Part shown: positions 1-7,834 of the stretch, piece after piece
Numbering within the stretch: position 1 is the first letter of the stretch
Layout: every line of letters starts with the position of its first letter
Origin: Nanobdellota archaeon
GTDB taxonomy: Archaea > Nanobdellota > Nanobdellia > Parvarchaeales > Parvarchaeaceae
NCBI GenBank assembly: GCA_021802105.1
Contig: JAKAAW010000002.1
Location: 993 to 64,992, forward strand
Direction: 5' to 3'
Length of the DNA stretch: 64,000 nt
The notes under the pieces: model-generated
What the model was told of the DNA's origin: nothing
What the model saw: only the letters and a program-made list of their open reading frames with translations
Database searches by the model: none
Program-made: the position numbers and the translations under genes

Positions 1-30
1 CCAGAGGGAAGGAAAGCCACCGGCAGGAAA

Positions 31-546
31 TTGATAATCTCTGATTTTGATGATACTCTATTCTTCACTGAGCACAGCATAGCTTTTGCATCTCATGAAC
101 TTTTTGGGGTTGGCATGACAAGAAAGGAAGTGAGAAACCTGGACAAGCCAATCATATCAAAGATCTATGACTTGGCTTTCTCTAAATACAAGGATAACTT
201 GGAGCCGAATACGAAGCTGATGGACAAATATGCGCGTATGATGACCGAAGGCTATGAATTCATGATCCTAAGCGCTAGGGGTGAACAGTTAAGAGAGGAG
301 GTAAAATACGGTCTAAGATTATACGATATAAAGTGCGAGAAGATAGTTCTATCTAATAACGACCGGCGCGTAAGCGATGAAGAATGGAAATCCAACTTTA
401 TAAAAGATTACATAAGTGATTATGACGAGATACTGTTCTTCGATGACAAGATAGAAAATTTAAACATGGTAAGAGAAAAAGTAACCGACAGCCGGATAAG
501 ACACTTTCTCGTGGACAGGAAGGGAGAAAAAGAGCTAAAGGATTAG
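31..546 (+). CDS. HAD-superfamily hydrolase/phosphatase. The reading frame is open to base 1, so the true start may lie upstream of the window.
   Basis: N-terminal DxDxT motif (ISDFDDTLFF). Size and alpha/beta-like composition fit small HAD phosphatases. The start is a TTG. Confidence 0.55.
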   Translation: MIISDFDDTLFFTEHSIAFASHELFGVGMTRKEVRNLDKPIISKIYDLAFSKYKDNLEPNTKLMDKYARMMTEGYEFMILSARGEQLREEVKYGLRLYDIKCEKIVLSNNDRRVSDEEWKSNFIKDYISDYDEILFFDDKIENLNMVREKVTDSRIRHFLVDRKGEKELKD

Positions 547-551
547 TCTTT

Positions 552-1466
552 ATGATAACAGCGCTTCTATCATCGAAGGAAGTAAGTAGTGAAGTCCTAA
601 ATTCTGTGATATCTAAGAAACTCGATAGCGTAAACAATCTACAGATAGCTCTGGACAAAGAGGGGGGAATTGTCGTCTATCCTCTCGATTATCCCTCTTC
701 TATAAATGCCATGATACGGGCAATATCGATGGCTGATAGGGTGCTAATGGTCATAAATGAGGAGATAACCGCTGTAGATGCGGAGATTGCACTAGCGATA
801 GAGAATTCCCGGATAGACATAGGCACGACTCTGCGTACGGAATATTCTGATGAGGGCAGCTTCTCAAAGTTTTTTGAAAAATATAAAGTAGGAAAGTTCA
901 AGGTATTAAGACCAGGCGAGCAGCAGTCCGACGATTCAGGCAAAGCAAAGAATCCCAGTTTCTCATACATATCAATAGATAAGCACTTCATAGTGAAAGG
1001 CATAGGCAGTGTCATAATAGGCTTCAACCTCGGCGGCTCGATAAAGAAGGGTGATAGGCTCCGTCTTCTGCCTTCTATGAAAGAGGTCTCTATAAAGAGC
1101 ATACAGATAATGGACATCGATTCTCCCTCAGCGGAGAACGGCCAGCACGTCGGCCTGGCTTTGAATAATATAAATGAAGGTGACCTGTCGTCTAACTACG
1201 CGGTGTCATCTCTTGGAGAACTCGCAGAAAACCGCTCCTGTAAGGTAATTATATCGTCTCTTTATAAGGGAGACTTGACGCAGGAAAAGGACCTTGGATG
1301 TGCGATGCTTGGAAGGAACTTCAGTATATCCATCACAGGATCTGGAACGTCTACCACCATAACGTTCAACAGACCTGTGGCAAAAATAGGCGGCAGACAT
1401 CTGATTATGGACGCAAGCCTTTCCGTGGGAAAGAACAGGGTAGTCGGAAGTTTTGAGTTCAGCTAG
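552..1466 (+). CDS. EF-Tu/SelB-like protein with a degenerate G domain (no P-loop) and an EF-Tu domain-2 beta-barrel
   Basis: The segment FIVKGIGSVIIGFNLGGSIKKGDRLRLLPSMKEVSIKSIQIMD...AENGQHVGLAL fits the EF-Tu domain II pattern. The N-terminal part resembles the G3-G4 region (DYPSS..MIRAISMADRVLMVIN). No GxxxxGK[ST] or NKxD motif is present. Confidence 0.45.
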   Translation: MITALLSSKEVSSEVLNSVISKKLDSVNNLQIALDKEGGIVVYPLDYPSSINAMIRAISMADRVLMVINEEITAVDAEIALAIENSRIDIGTTLRTEYSDEGSFSKFFEKYKVGKFKVLRPGEQQSDDSGKAKNPSFSYISIDKHFIVKGIGSVIIGFNLGGSIKKGDRLRLLPSMKEVSIKSIQIMDIDSPSAENGQHVGLALNNINEGDLSSNYAVSSLGELAENRSCKVIISSLYKGDLTQEKDLGCAMLGRNFSISITGSGTSTTITFNRPVAKIGGRHLIMDASLSVGKNRVVGSFEFS

Positions 1467-1527
1467 CAGCCCACGAAAGCTTTATATAGTATATATCTTC
1501 ATTATAGGGTAGTAAAAATAATACAAT

Positions 1528-2415
1528 ATGGTAGTAAAAAACACGCGAATGGATAATAAGGAACAGGATACTGTTACAAATAAAAAAGTCAGTCTAGAAG
1601 ACGTTTTAAACGCTAGCAATTTTGAAGTCTATCAGCTGGCTGCTGCGGCTATAGATAAATACTCAAGGATGAAGGATCATCCAGGTTTCAGCGTCAAATC
1701 CACCGGAGAATTATTCTATAACGCTCTTGTGAAAATGTCCCAGGAAGCTTCGGATGAAAATATAAAGAAAGCACTTGAGCTGAAGGCGGATGCGATGGTC
1801 CGAAACGTAAAGGACGGCACCCTAACCAAGGATTCGCTCAACAGCACGTCCGAATACATGAAAAGCTTTTTGCCGTCCTATATAAACAGGATAAAAGACA
1901 ATGTTCAGCCAGAGCACCACAACATGATGGCGTTGGGCATAATAATGAACAAAGACAGATTCCCCGATGAGTTTAACAAGTTATCAGCGATTCCTGGTGG
2001 AGCAAGGCCCGTACAGTTAGGAATAATACTAAATACGCTTAAGGAAGACATGGCAAACAACAACACTTCCAACCTGCCGTCTTATTATGAAAAGCTGACT
2101 CCTTTGGACATAGTAAAATCATATATGAATATAGGTATGACGCAAGACCAGGCAAAGGCTACCGTTGCTGCAGGAAAGAAGTGCTACACTGATCTGGTTA
2201 ATTCTCTTGGTGACTCCTCTAAAGCAGAGCACATGATGTACGTCCAGAAAGTAGTGGAGAGAGATCTTGCAGTGCAGAGCAAGAAAATAGATGGGGGAGA
2301 GTTAAAAAAGCTCGTGGAAGGATCGGATCCGGTTAACTATCTAAATATGCTGTCCGCCCCCTTGGGGATAAATAGGGCGCTCAGACAGCAGCAAGAATCT
2401 CCGTATACGGAATAA
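1528..2415 (+). CDS. Hypothetical protein (295 aa, soluble)
   Basis: Long ORF with no competing ORF on the other strand. I recognise no motif. Confidence 0.5.
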   Translation: MVVKNTRMDNKEQDTVTNKKVSLEDVLNASNFEVYQLAAAAIDKYSRMKDHPGFSVKSTGELFYNALVKMSQEASDENIKKALELKADAMVRNVKDGTLTKDSLNSTSEYMKSFLPSYINRIKDNVQPEHHNMMALGIIMNKDRFPDEFNKLSAIPGGARPVQLGIILNTLKEDMANNNTSNLPSYYEKLTPLDIVKSYMNIGMTQDQAKATVAAGKKCYTDLVNSLGDSSKAEHMMYVQKVVERDLAVQSKKIDGGELKKLVEGSDPVNYLNMLSAPLGINRALRQQQESPYTE

Positions 2416-2425
2416 AAGTGTCTTA

Positions 2426-2532
2426 CTTTACGCCTAGTATATATTTTAGCTTTAGAACCTTGTCAATGTGAGCGGAAAACCACCTCTTTAGAGAAGATAT
2501 ATATCACAATATCCCACCCCTATGCCTTCAAT
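2426..2532 (+). repeat. Copy A of a conserved three-copy intergenic element (core 2463-2509); candidate small ncRNA or MITE-like relic
   Basis: The core TCAATGTGAGCGGAAAACCACCTCTTTAGAGAAGATATATATCACAA is collinear with the copies at 10361-10407 (+) and 44238-44288 (-). The flanks also align with copy B (CTTTAcGCC.. / ..TGCCTTcAAT). Confidence 0.6.
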
Positions 2533-2579
2533 AGGAGCTGGAAGCGCATGAATTTATCTATAGAAGTACACCACTATCA

Positions 2580-3995
2580 ATGAAAAGTGAGAAGACAGAA
2601 ATGAAAAAGGGGAAAAAAGGGCGTCCTTACGCAGCTCCTTTCCTTATGTGGATAATCGGCGTGTTAACCATGATAGTTGGCGTGCTTACTCTATTCATAG
2701 GCATATTAGTGACTTTAGGAGTGCGCATTCTGGACGCAGTTCTACCGCACTCTGTTTCGGCGTATATATTTCCCGACACTCTTAGTTTTATCGGCGCTTT
2801 GATCATAGTTTTAGGCATATCGGCGATAGTCGTTAGCCGCCTATTCCATCTTAGCGGAAGATGGCTCAAGGAAAATCAGATGAAAGGGGCGGTGCTTGGG
2901 ATGGCGTTGTGCGTGAGCGCTTTGATGATACTTTTTGTTTTTGGCACGTCTTTCTTCAGTACCTTTATAAGTTATCTGCTGTATATTGGTATATCCCTAT
3001 ATACAGCTTTGCTACTCTTGATAATTTTATCTCTTAATGGTTTGGAGAGCGGCCTGAATGGACTTTCTTATGGGTTGACTGCCTTCTTTGTAGGAGGTAT
3101 AATCATAATCGTAAGCTTTTTGGTTGTATATATGATGTTTCCGTCGCAATTGTCGTCAGCTTACTCTTTAGGCAGTTCCTCAGTATTCTCTGTCCTCTCA
3201 ATCCAGAATCATCTGAATAAGTTTTCCTCCAGCTCGTTGAATTATTCTTATCCAGCTAGTATGACATCAATAAATCTCAATAGTGTGGCTTCTTTTGTAT
3301 CGTCGTACATAGGAGTTGGAAACAAGATCAACAATTCTAATACTAGCAGAAGTTCGTTTACGAATATGACGATAACTGTTCTGCTGCCGTATCAGTTCAT
3401 ATTATCCGCAATCGGGGATGCGCCTTCTATGGTCAACAGTGTAAAGTCTTTTAATCTTTCCAGTACAGCCTCAGAATATTTGAAACAGAACAACTCAGAA
3501 GCAGCTAGAAAATATCTAGAGTCGGAATTTCCTCCTCTTAAAGACCTGTCCTTGATAGTAGTAGGCTCGCAATTGCTTAACACGTCCCATTCGAATCTTA
3601 GTCTCTTCAAGCTATCACCTTCAGCTTTTCAGCGTTATTTGAGCGGCTTAAACGTCACTGGTATCAATAGGACCTTCCCTATAAACATAACCGGTTACAT
3701 GCTGTCGCAGATGAAAAAAAATACTGTGAATAACAGTTCCTTAGCTGCTGTTCTGCCGTCGGAAATATTGCTGGTCAACATCTCAAATCATGTGGGGTTC
3801 CAGTTAAGTTACTCCAATAACAAGATATTCAACTTGACACGCATTCCTTTTTCCGGTTTTTCTGCGGCATTCTACATACAAAACTATACATTGTGTTTCG
3901 AAGTCGGTGCAGTATTCCCAAGCAGAATGACTGGCAGTTTTTATACCAGTTTCTTTGACGTGGAAAAAAGTATGAGATGCAGCGATCACAGCTGA
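2580..3995 (+). CDS. Integral membrane protein with a Ser/Asn-rich, sequon-rich extracellular C-terminal domain
   Basis: The N-terminal half has about 6 hydrophobic helices. The C-terminal half has many N-x-S/T sequons (NYS, NLS, NNS, NTS, NMT, NVT, NIT ...). Confidence 0.6.
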   Translation: MKSEKTEMKKGKKGRPYAAPFLMWIIGVLTMIVGVLTLFIGILVTLGVRILDAVLPHSVSAYIFPDTLSFIGALIIVLGISAIVVSRLFHLSGRWLKENQMKGAVLGMALCVSALMILFVFGTSFFSTFISYLLYIGISLYTALLLLIILSLNGLESGLNGLSYGLTAFFVGGIIIIVSFLVVYMMFPSQLSSAYSLGSSSVFSVLSIQNHLNKFSSSSLNYSYPASMTSINLNSVASFVSSYIGVGNKINNSNTSRSSFTNMTITVLLPYQFILSAIGDAPSMVNSVKSFNLSSTASEYLKQNNSEAARKYLESEFPPLKDLSLIVVGSQLLNTSHSNLSLFKLSPSAFQRYLSGLNVTGINRTFPINITGYMLSQMKKNTVNNSSLAAVLPSEILLVNISNHVGFQLSYSNNKIFNLTRIPFSGFSAAFYIQNYTLCFEVGAVFPSRMTGSFYTSFFDVEKSMRCSDHS

Positions 3996-4032
3996 CTGAT
4001 TCCCATGCTTTCTTAGCAGTAAGCAATGGATA

Positions 4033-4067
4033 AAAGCGTAAGTCAATAACTAGAATATGTACGCTTT
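4033..4067. terminator. Hairpin between convergent genes, followed by a T-run; possible bidirectional terminator
   Basis: AAAGCGTA (4033-4040) and TACGCTTT (4060-4067) form a perfect 8-bp stem around a 19-nt loop. It is followed by TTTT on the + strand and lies between the 3' ends of the 2580-3995 (+) and 4117-4803 (-) genes. Confidence 0.3.
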
Positions 4068-4116
4068 TAGGTTATGTGTTGCTAATAGATTAGGCTATTC
4101 AGTTAGCACAGCTAGC

Positions 4117-4803
4117 TTATTTAAGAAGATAGCTTTCTAGGTCTTCCGCGTTTATTATTGGTTTATCAAGCTTCTCGGAATCGTCTATCGCGATCCTCTG
4201 GCATGCTGTGTTTATGAAAACGTCTATATCCCTAAATTCATTAAGCCTTGAGTAGTTTATCTCATCCTGGACCACGGAGTATATCTTTGCGCCGCGCTTC
4301 GCAAGCGCTTCCTTCAACAGCTTTACTCCGTATATCTGTCCGACTTTAGTGGATTCTATAAACATTACATTCTTGGAGGTTAGGGCTATGCCTACACCTT
4401 GCAGAGACTTTGTCCTGTATTTTTCAGCTAGCTCCTTGTCCACTATCTCTATAGTCTCGCTTTCAGGGTCAGCGTTTATGACACTCTTTCCATATTTTAT
4501 TGGAATACCTAGCACGTGGAACATACCCTGCGTGAACGAGAGCGTTGCGTCACAGTCGGGACAGTCTGCCGCATAGACGTCGCACCCGAGGATCTGCCCT
4601 GGATACCTAGCCCTATATTTAGAGCTCTTTACTATGAACTCCTTTTCTGGAGTTTTCTCTATGAATTCGTTCATCTGGTCAACGAACTGTACCGCACACA
4701 CGGTGTTTACCTTTTTGTACGGCGCTATGGTTTCCTTTATTTTCCTGATGAACTCTTCGCTCATGTGGCCTCTGAACCTTGCTTCTATAAACATCATTTC
4801 CAT
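4117..4803 (-). CDS. dph2: Diphthamide synthesis Dph2-like protein (2-(3-amino-3-carboxypropyl)histidine synthase), short form
   Basis: The motifs YPGQILGCD and FINTACQRIAIDD match the conserved Dph1/Dph2 Cys-containing motifs. The protein is only 228 aa, and an in-frame TAA lies 4 codons upstream of the ATG. Confidence 0.6.
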   Translation of the reverse strand: MEMMFIEARFRGHMSEEFIRKIKETIAPYKKVNTVCAVQFVDQMNEFIEKTPEKEFIVKSSKYRARYPGQILGCDVYAADCPDCDATLSFTQGMFHVLGIPIKYGKSVINADPESETIEIVDKELAEKYRTKSLQGVGIALTSKNVMFIESTKVGQIYGVKLLKEALAKRGAKIYSVVQDEINYSRLNEFRDIDVFINTACQRIAIDDSEKLDKPIINAEDLESYLLK

Positions 4804-4862
4804 ATCAACGTATTATTTAGGAACAAACGTATTTATATACTCGTTGAAATTTAATGTAATCT

Positions 4863-5243
4863 ATGGAAACAAAGATTGTAATAAGCGACCCGAAGACTGG
4901 AAAATCTTACAATAAGACATTATCACCCGATGAGAACACATCCATAATGAGCAAAAAACTCGGAGAGGAGATAGATCTGTCTTTCATCGGATTGGAGGGA
5001 TACTCAGCTGTGATAACCGGCGGAAGTTACATGACAGGTACGCCTATGCGAAAAGAGATAGACAGCATAGGACTTAAACCAGCCTTAATAAGTGGAGGAG
5101 TCGGGAACAGGCAGGGTATAAGGAGGCGGAAGAGCGTAGCTGGTAACACCGTGAGTCAGTTCACCTCTCAGATAAACTTTAAGATAGTGAAGTACGGTCA
5201 GAAGTCCCTCGACGAGATTTTCATAGCGAAGACTGAGAATTAG
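4863..5243 (+). CDS. rps6e: 30S ribosomal protein S6e (eS6)
   Basis: KIVISDPKTGKSY...GGSYMTGTPMRKEI...RRRKSVAGNTV matches the eS6 family signature. Its position upstream of aIF2-gamma is the usual archaeal arrangement. Confidence 0.9.
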   Translation: METKIVISDPKTGKSYNKTLSPDENTSIMSKKLGEEIDLSFIGLEGYSAVITGGSYMTGTPMRKEIDSIGLKPALISGGVGNRQGIRRRKSVAGNTVSQFTSQINFKIVKYGQKSLDEIFIAKTEN

Positions 5244-5244
5244 A

Positions 5245-6435
5245 ATGGTCAAGGATATAGTAATAGATATAATAGGGAGCTTTGCGGATGGAAAAACGAC
5301 TCTCGTCAGAGCCCTTACAAGTGAGTCTACCCTTAGGCATAGCGAAGAGAAAAAAAGAGGCATCACTATAAGACTTGGGTACGCGCACTTCCTCCTTTAC
5401 AAATGTAAGAAGTGTTCCTCCTCCAGCAGACATGAGAAGTGCGAGATTTGCGGCGGAGATTCGGAACTGTTCTACAGGGTCTCGATAATAGACTCTCCCG
5501 GGCACAAGACGCTGATGACGATAATGCTTAGCGGTGCACCACTCACTAGCGGTGCGGTACTTGTTATAGCAGCGAATCAAACCTGCCCACAGCCGCAGAC
5601 CGAAGAACATCTGGAAGCCATAAAGATAATAGGTGTGAAGAACTTAGTTGTCGCGCAGACAAAGGTAGATATTGTCGGTGCTGAGAGAGCCAGGCAGAGC
5701 AAGGCAGAGATAGAGGAGTTCCTTGCTAAAAATGGCTTCAAGGACATAAAGGTAATCCCAGTCCTGTCGGTTCATGACATTAACATAACAGAGCTTATAC
5801 AGGAGATAGGCAAATTTGCTTCGTTGGAATACGACAGCAAAAATCCTAAGATGCTAGCTGTAAGAAGCTTCGACGTAAACAAGCCTGGCACGGAAATAAA
5901 CGATCTGAGTGGAGGTGTTTTAGGAGGCGGACTTAAAGCGGGAGAATTGTCACTGGGAGACGACATTCTGATTTACCCAGGTATATTCGTGAACAACGTA
6001 TGGAAACCTATAAAAACAGAAATAAAGGAAATCCAGAGCGAATTCGGAAAGGAAAAGAAAGCAGTACCTGGCCTGATGGTGGGCGTAAAAACGAATATAG
6101 ACCCTTCTCTAGCAAGGAGAGATAGTCTTGCAGGGAGCCTTATAGTATCGACTGAAAATCCTCCAGAGTTCAAGGATAGAATCTCCATAACTTATATCCC
6201 TCTACAGGAGAAAGAGAAAAATGTATTCAAAAAACAGCTTCAGAAAAATGAAGTCGTTCTCTTGAATGTTCTTGCTTCAAAGATATTAGGCACGGTAACA
6301 CTCATACAGAACGATAAGGTAACTATAGCTTTCACCAACGCACTACTGCCTTACTATATAGGAGACAGGGCGATAATCTCGAGAAAAGTTGACAACGTAT
6401 GGGTGCTTGCCGGTTCTGGAACCGTGTATGCTTAG
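5245..6435 (+). CDS. eif2g: Translation initiation factor aIF2 gamma subunit
   Basis: P-loop GSFADGKTTL, RGITIRLGY, zinc knuckle CKKC...CEICG, DSPGH and QTKVD (NKxD-like), followed by EF-Tu-like domains II and III. Confidence 0.9.
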   Translation: MVKDIVIDIIGSFADGKTTLVRALTSESTLRHSEEKKRGITIRLGYAHFLLYKCKKCSSSSRHEKCEICGGDSELFYRVSIIDSPGHKTLMTIMLSGAPLTSGAVLVIAANQTCPQPQTEEHLEAIKIIGVKNLVVAQTKVDIVGAERARQSKAEIEEFLAKNGFKDIKVIPVLSVHDINITELIQEIGKFASLEYDSKNPKMLAVRSFDVNKPGTEINDLSGGVLGGGLKAGELSLGDDILIYPGIFVNNVWKPIKTEIKEIQSEFGKEKKAVPGLMVGVKTNIDPSLARRDSLAGSLIVSTENPPEFKDRISITYIPLQEKEKNVFKKQLQKNEVVLLNVLASKILGTVTLIQNDKVTIAFTNALLPYYIGDRAIISRKVDNVWVLAGSGTVYA

Positions 6436-6781
6436 GGTGCTCATAGATACAAACGCGCTGGTGTACACTTTCGATGGTAAAAAGGACATATACTCCATCT
6501 TTGATAACAGCGTTGGGGAAGCGTTTAGATTCTATACTCTGGATTCATGCATGGATGAGCTTGAGATGTTAGGAAGGAAAGACGTGGTAAAATGGGTCAA
6601 TGTCAACAAGATAGAAGTAATAGGTACAAAACTTGGAGGAAAGACAGATGATAAGATACTTAATGAAGCATCAGAACACGATTTCGCTGTGCTGACAGAG
6701 GACAAGGAACTTATAGATAGGTCTCTGTCAAAAAAGTTGAAAGTTATACGCATAACCGGCAACAGCCTCGTCACGCTGTGA
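6428..6781 (+). CDS. PIN-domain protein (Fcf1/Utp24-like, COG1412-type)
   Basis: MLRVLIDTNALVY (first acidic PIN residue), LTEDKELIDR. The ATG at 6428 overlaps the aIF2-gamma stop, which suggests coupling. A PIN gene downstream of aIF2-gamma is a conserved archaeal neighbourhood. Confidence 0.75.
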   Translation: MLRVLIDTNALVYTFDGKKDIYSIFDNSVGEAFRFYTLDSCMDELEMLGRKDVVKWVNVNKIEVIGTKLGGKTDDKILNEASEHDFAVLTEDKELIDRSLSKKLKVIRITGNSLVTL

Positions 6782-6826
6782 TAATTCGAAAAGCTTTAAA
6801 TATTTACAGCTTAAACCTATAGCGAT

Positions 6827-7096
6827 ATGGAGAACGATACAATCTTCATAGGAAAGAAACCTGTGATATCTTATGTGTTGGCCGTTTTAACGCACGTTAA
6901 TTCCGGACATGATTCTGTCGTGCTGAAAGCAAGAGGTTTAATGATATCAAAAGCTGTCGACGTCTCACAGCTGATAAAAAGGAAATTCTCAAAAGATCTA
7001 AATTTAGGTAGGATAGATATAGGTACTGAAGAGATAGCATCAGATGATGGAAGGAAACGCAACGTTTCTTTTATATCCATAGAGATGAAGAGATAA
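6827..7096 (+). CDS. albA: DNA/RNA-binding protein Alba
   Basis: IFIGKKPVISYVLAVLT...VVLKARGLMISKAVDVSQLIKRKF is a near-canonical Alba (Sso10b) sequence. Confidence 0.9.
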   Translation: MENDTIFIGKKPVISYVLAVLTHVNSGHDSVVLKARGLMISKAVDVSQLIKRKFSKDLNLGRIDIGTEEIASDDGRKRNVSFISIEMKR

Positions 7097-7099
7097 TAT

Positions 7100-7747
7100 A
7101 TGATGAATGAAAATGATTTTATATTGATAGATTTTGTTGGGAGGATAAAGTCCTCTGGTAAGATATTCGATCTGACAAAGAAAGACATCGCGGAGAAGGA
7201 AGGTATTGACAGCAAAGAATTCAATTTTTCACCTGTGCTAGCCATACCAGCATCAAATTACGTGCTTAAAGCAGTAGCTAATTCACTGTTGAACAAGGAG
7301 GTGGGAGCTAAATACACACTCGAAGTAAAAGCAGAAGATGCTTTCGGCAAGTTCGATCCAAAGCTCGTGAAGACGCTTGGTCTAAATGTATTCAGGCAGA
7401 ACGGTGTAAATCCATCTGTAGGTGATGTTCTCATGCTGGACAACGCTCTTGCGACAGTTCTTTCGGTAAGCGGTGGGAGGGTGATGGTCAGCTTTAACAA
7501 TCCTCTAGCTGGCAAAGATTTAGTTTACGATATAGATATAGTCAAGGTCTTGGATGATGTGAAGGACAAGTGCTCTGCTATTTTTGAACACTACATCGGC
7601 AAAAAGCCAGACTCATTGGATATCAGCGAGAACAAAGTGAAGATCTCATACAAAGGAGAAGTCAAACCCTACACAAGGGACGCTATATCGTCTGACATAA
7701 AGAAATATGTTGGCAAAGACCTTAATACGGAGGTATCTGGCGCGTAA
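7100..7747 (+). CDS. FKBP-type peptidyl-prolyl cis-trans isomerase (long archaeal type with insert)
   Basis: DFILIDFVGRIKSSGKIFDLT at the N-terminus and NNPLAGKDLVYDIDIVKV, the typical FKBP/SlyD end motif. Confidence 0.65.
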   Translation: MMNENDFILIDFVGRIKSSGKIFDLTKKDIAEKEGIDSKEFNFSPVLAIPASNYVLKAVANSLLNKEVGAKYTLEVKAEDAFGKFDPKLVKTLGLNVFRQNGVNPSVGDVLMLDNALATVLSVSGGRVMVSFNNPLAGKDLVYDIDIVKVLDDVKDKCSAIFEHYIGKKPDSLDISENKVKISYKGEVKPYTRDAISSDIKKYVGKDLNTEVSGA

Positions 7748-7834
7748 ATGTCGTGGTTCACGCTTTTATAATGCAGTATATAAGGGTACATTTATATATT
7801 ACAATGTACAAAAATAAAATATCAGGATTAAACT

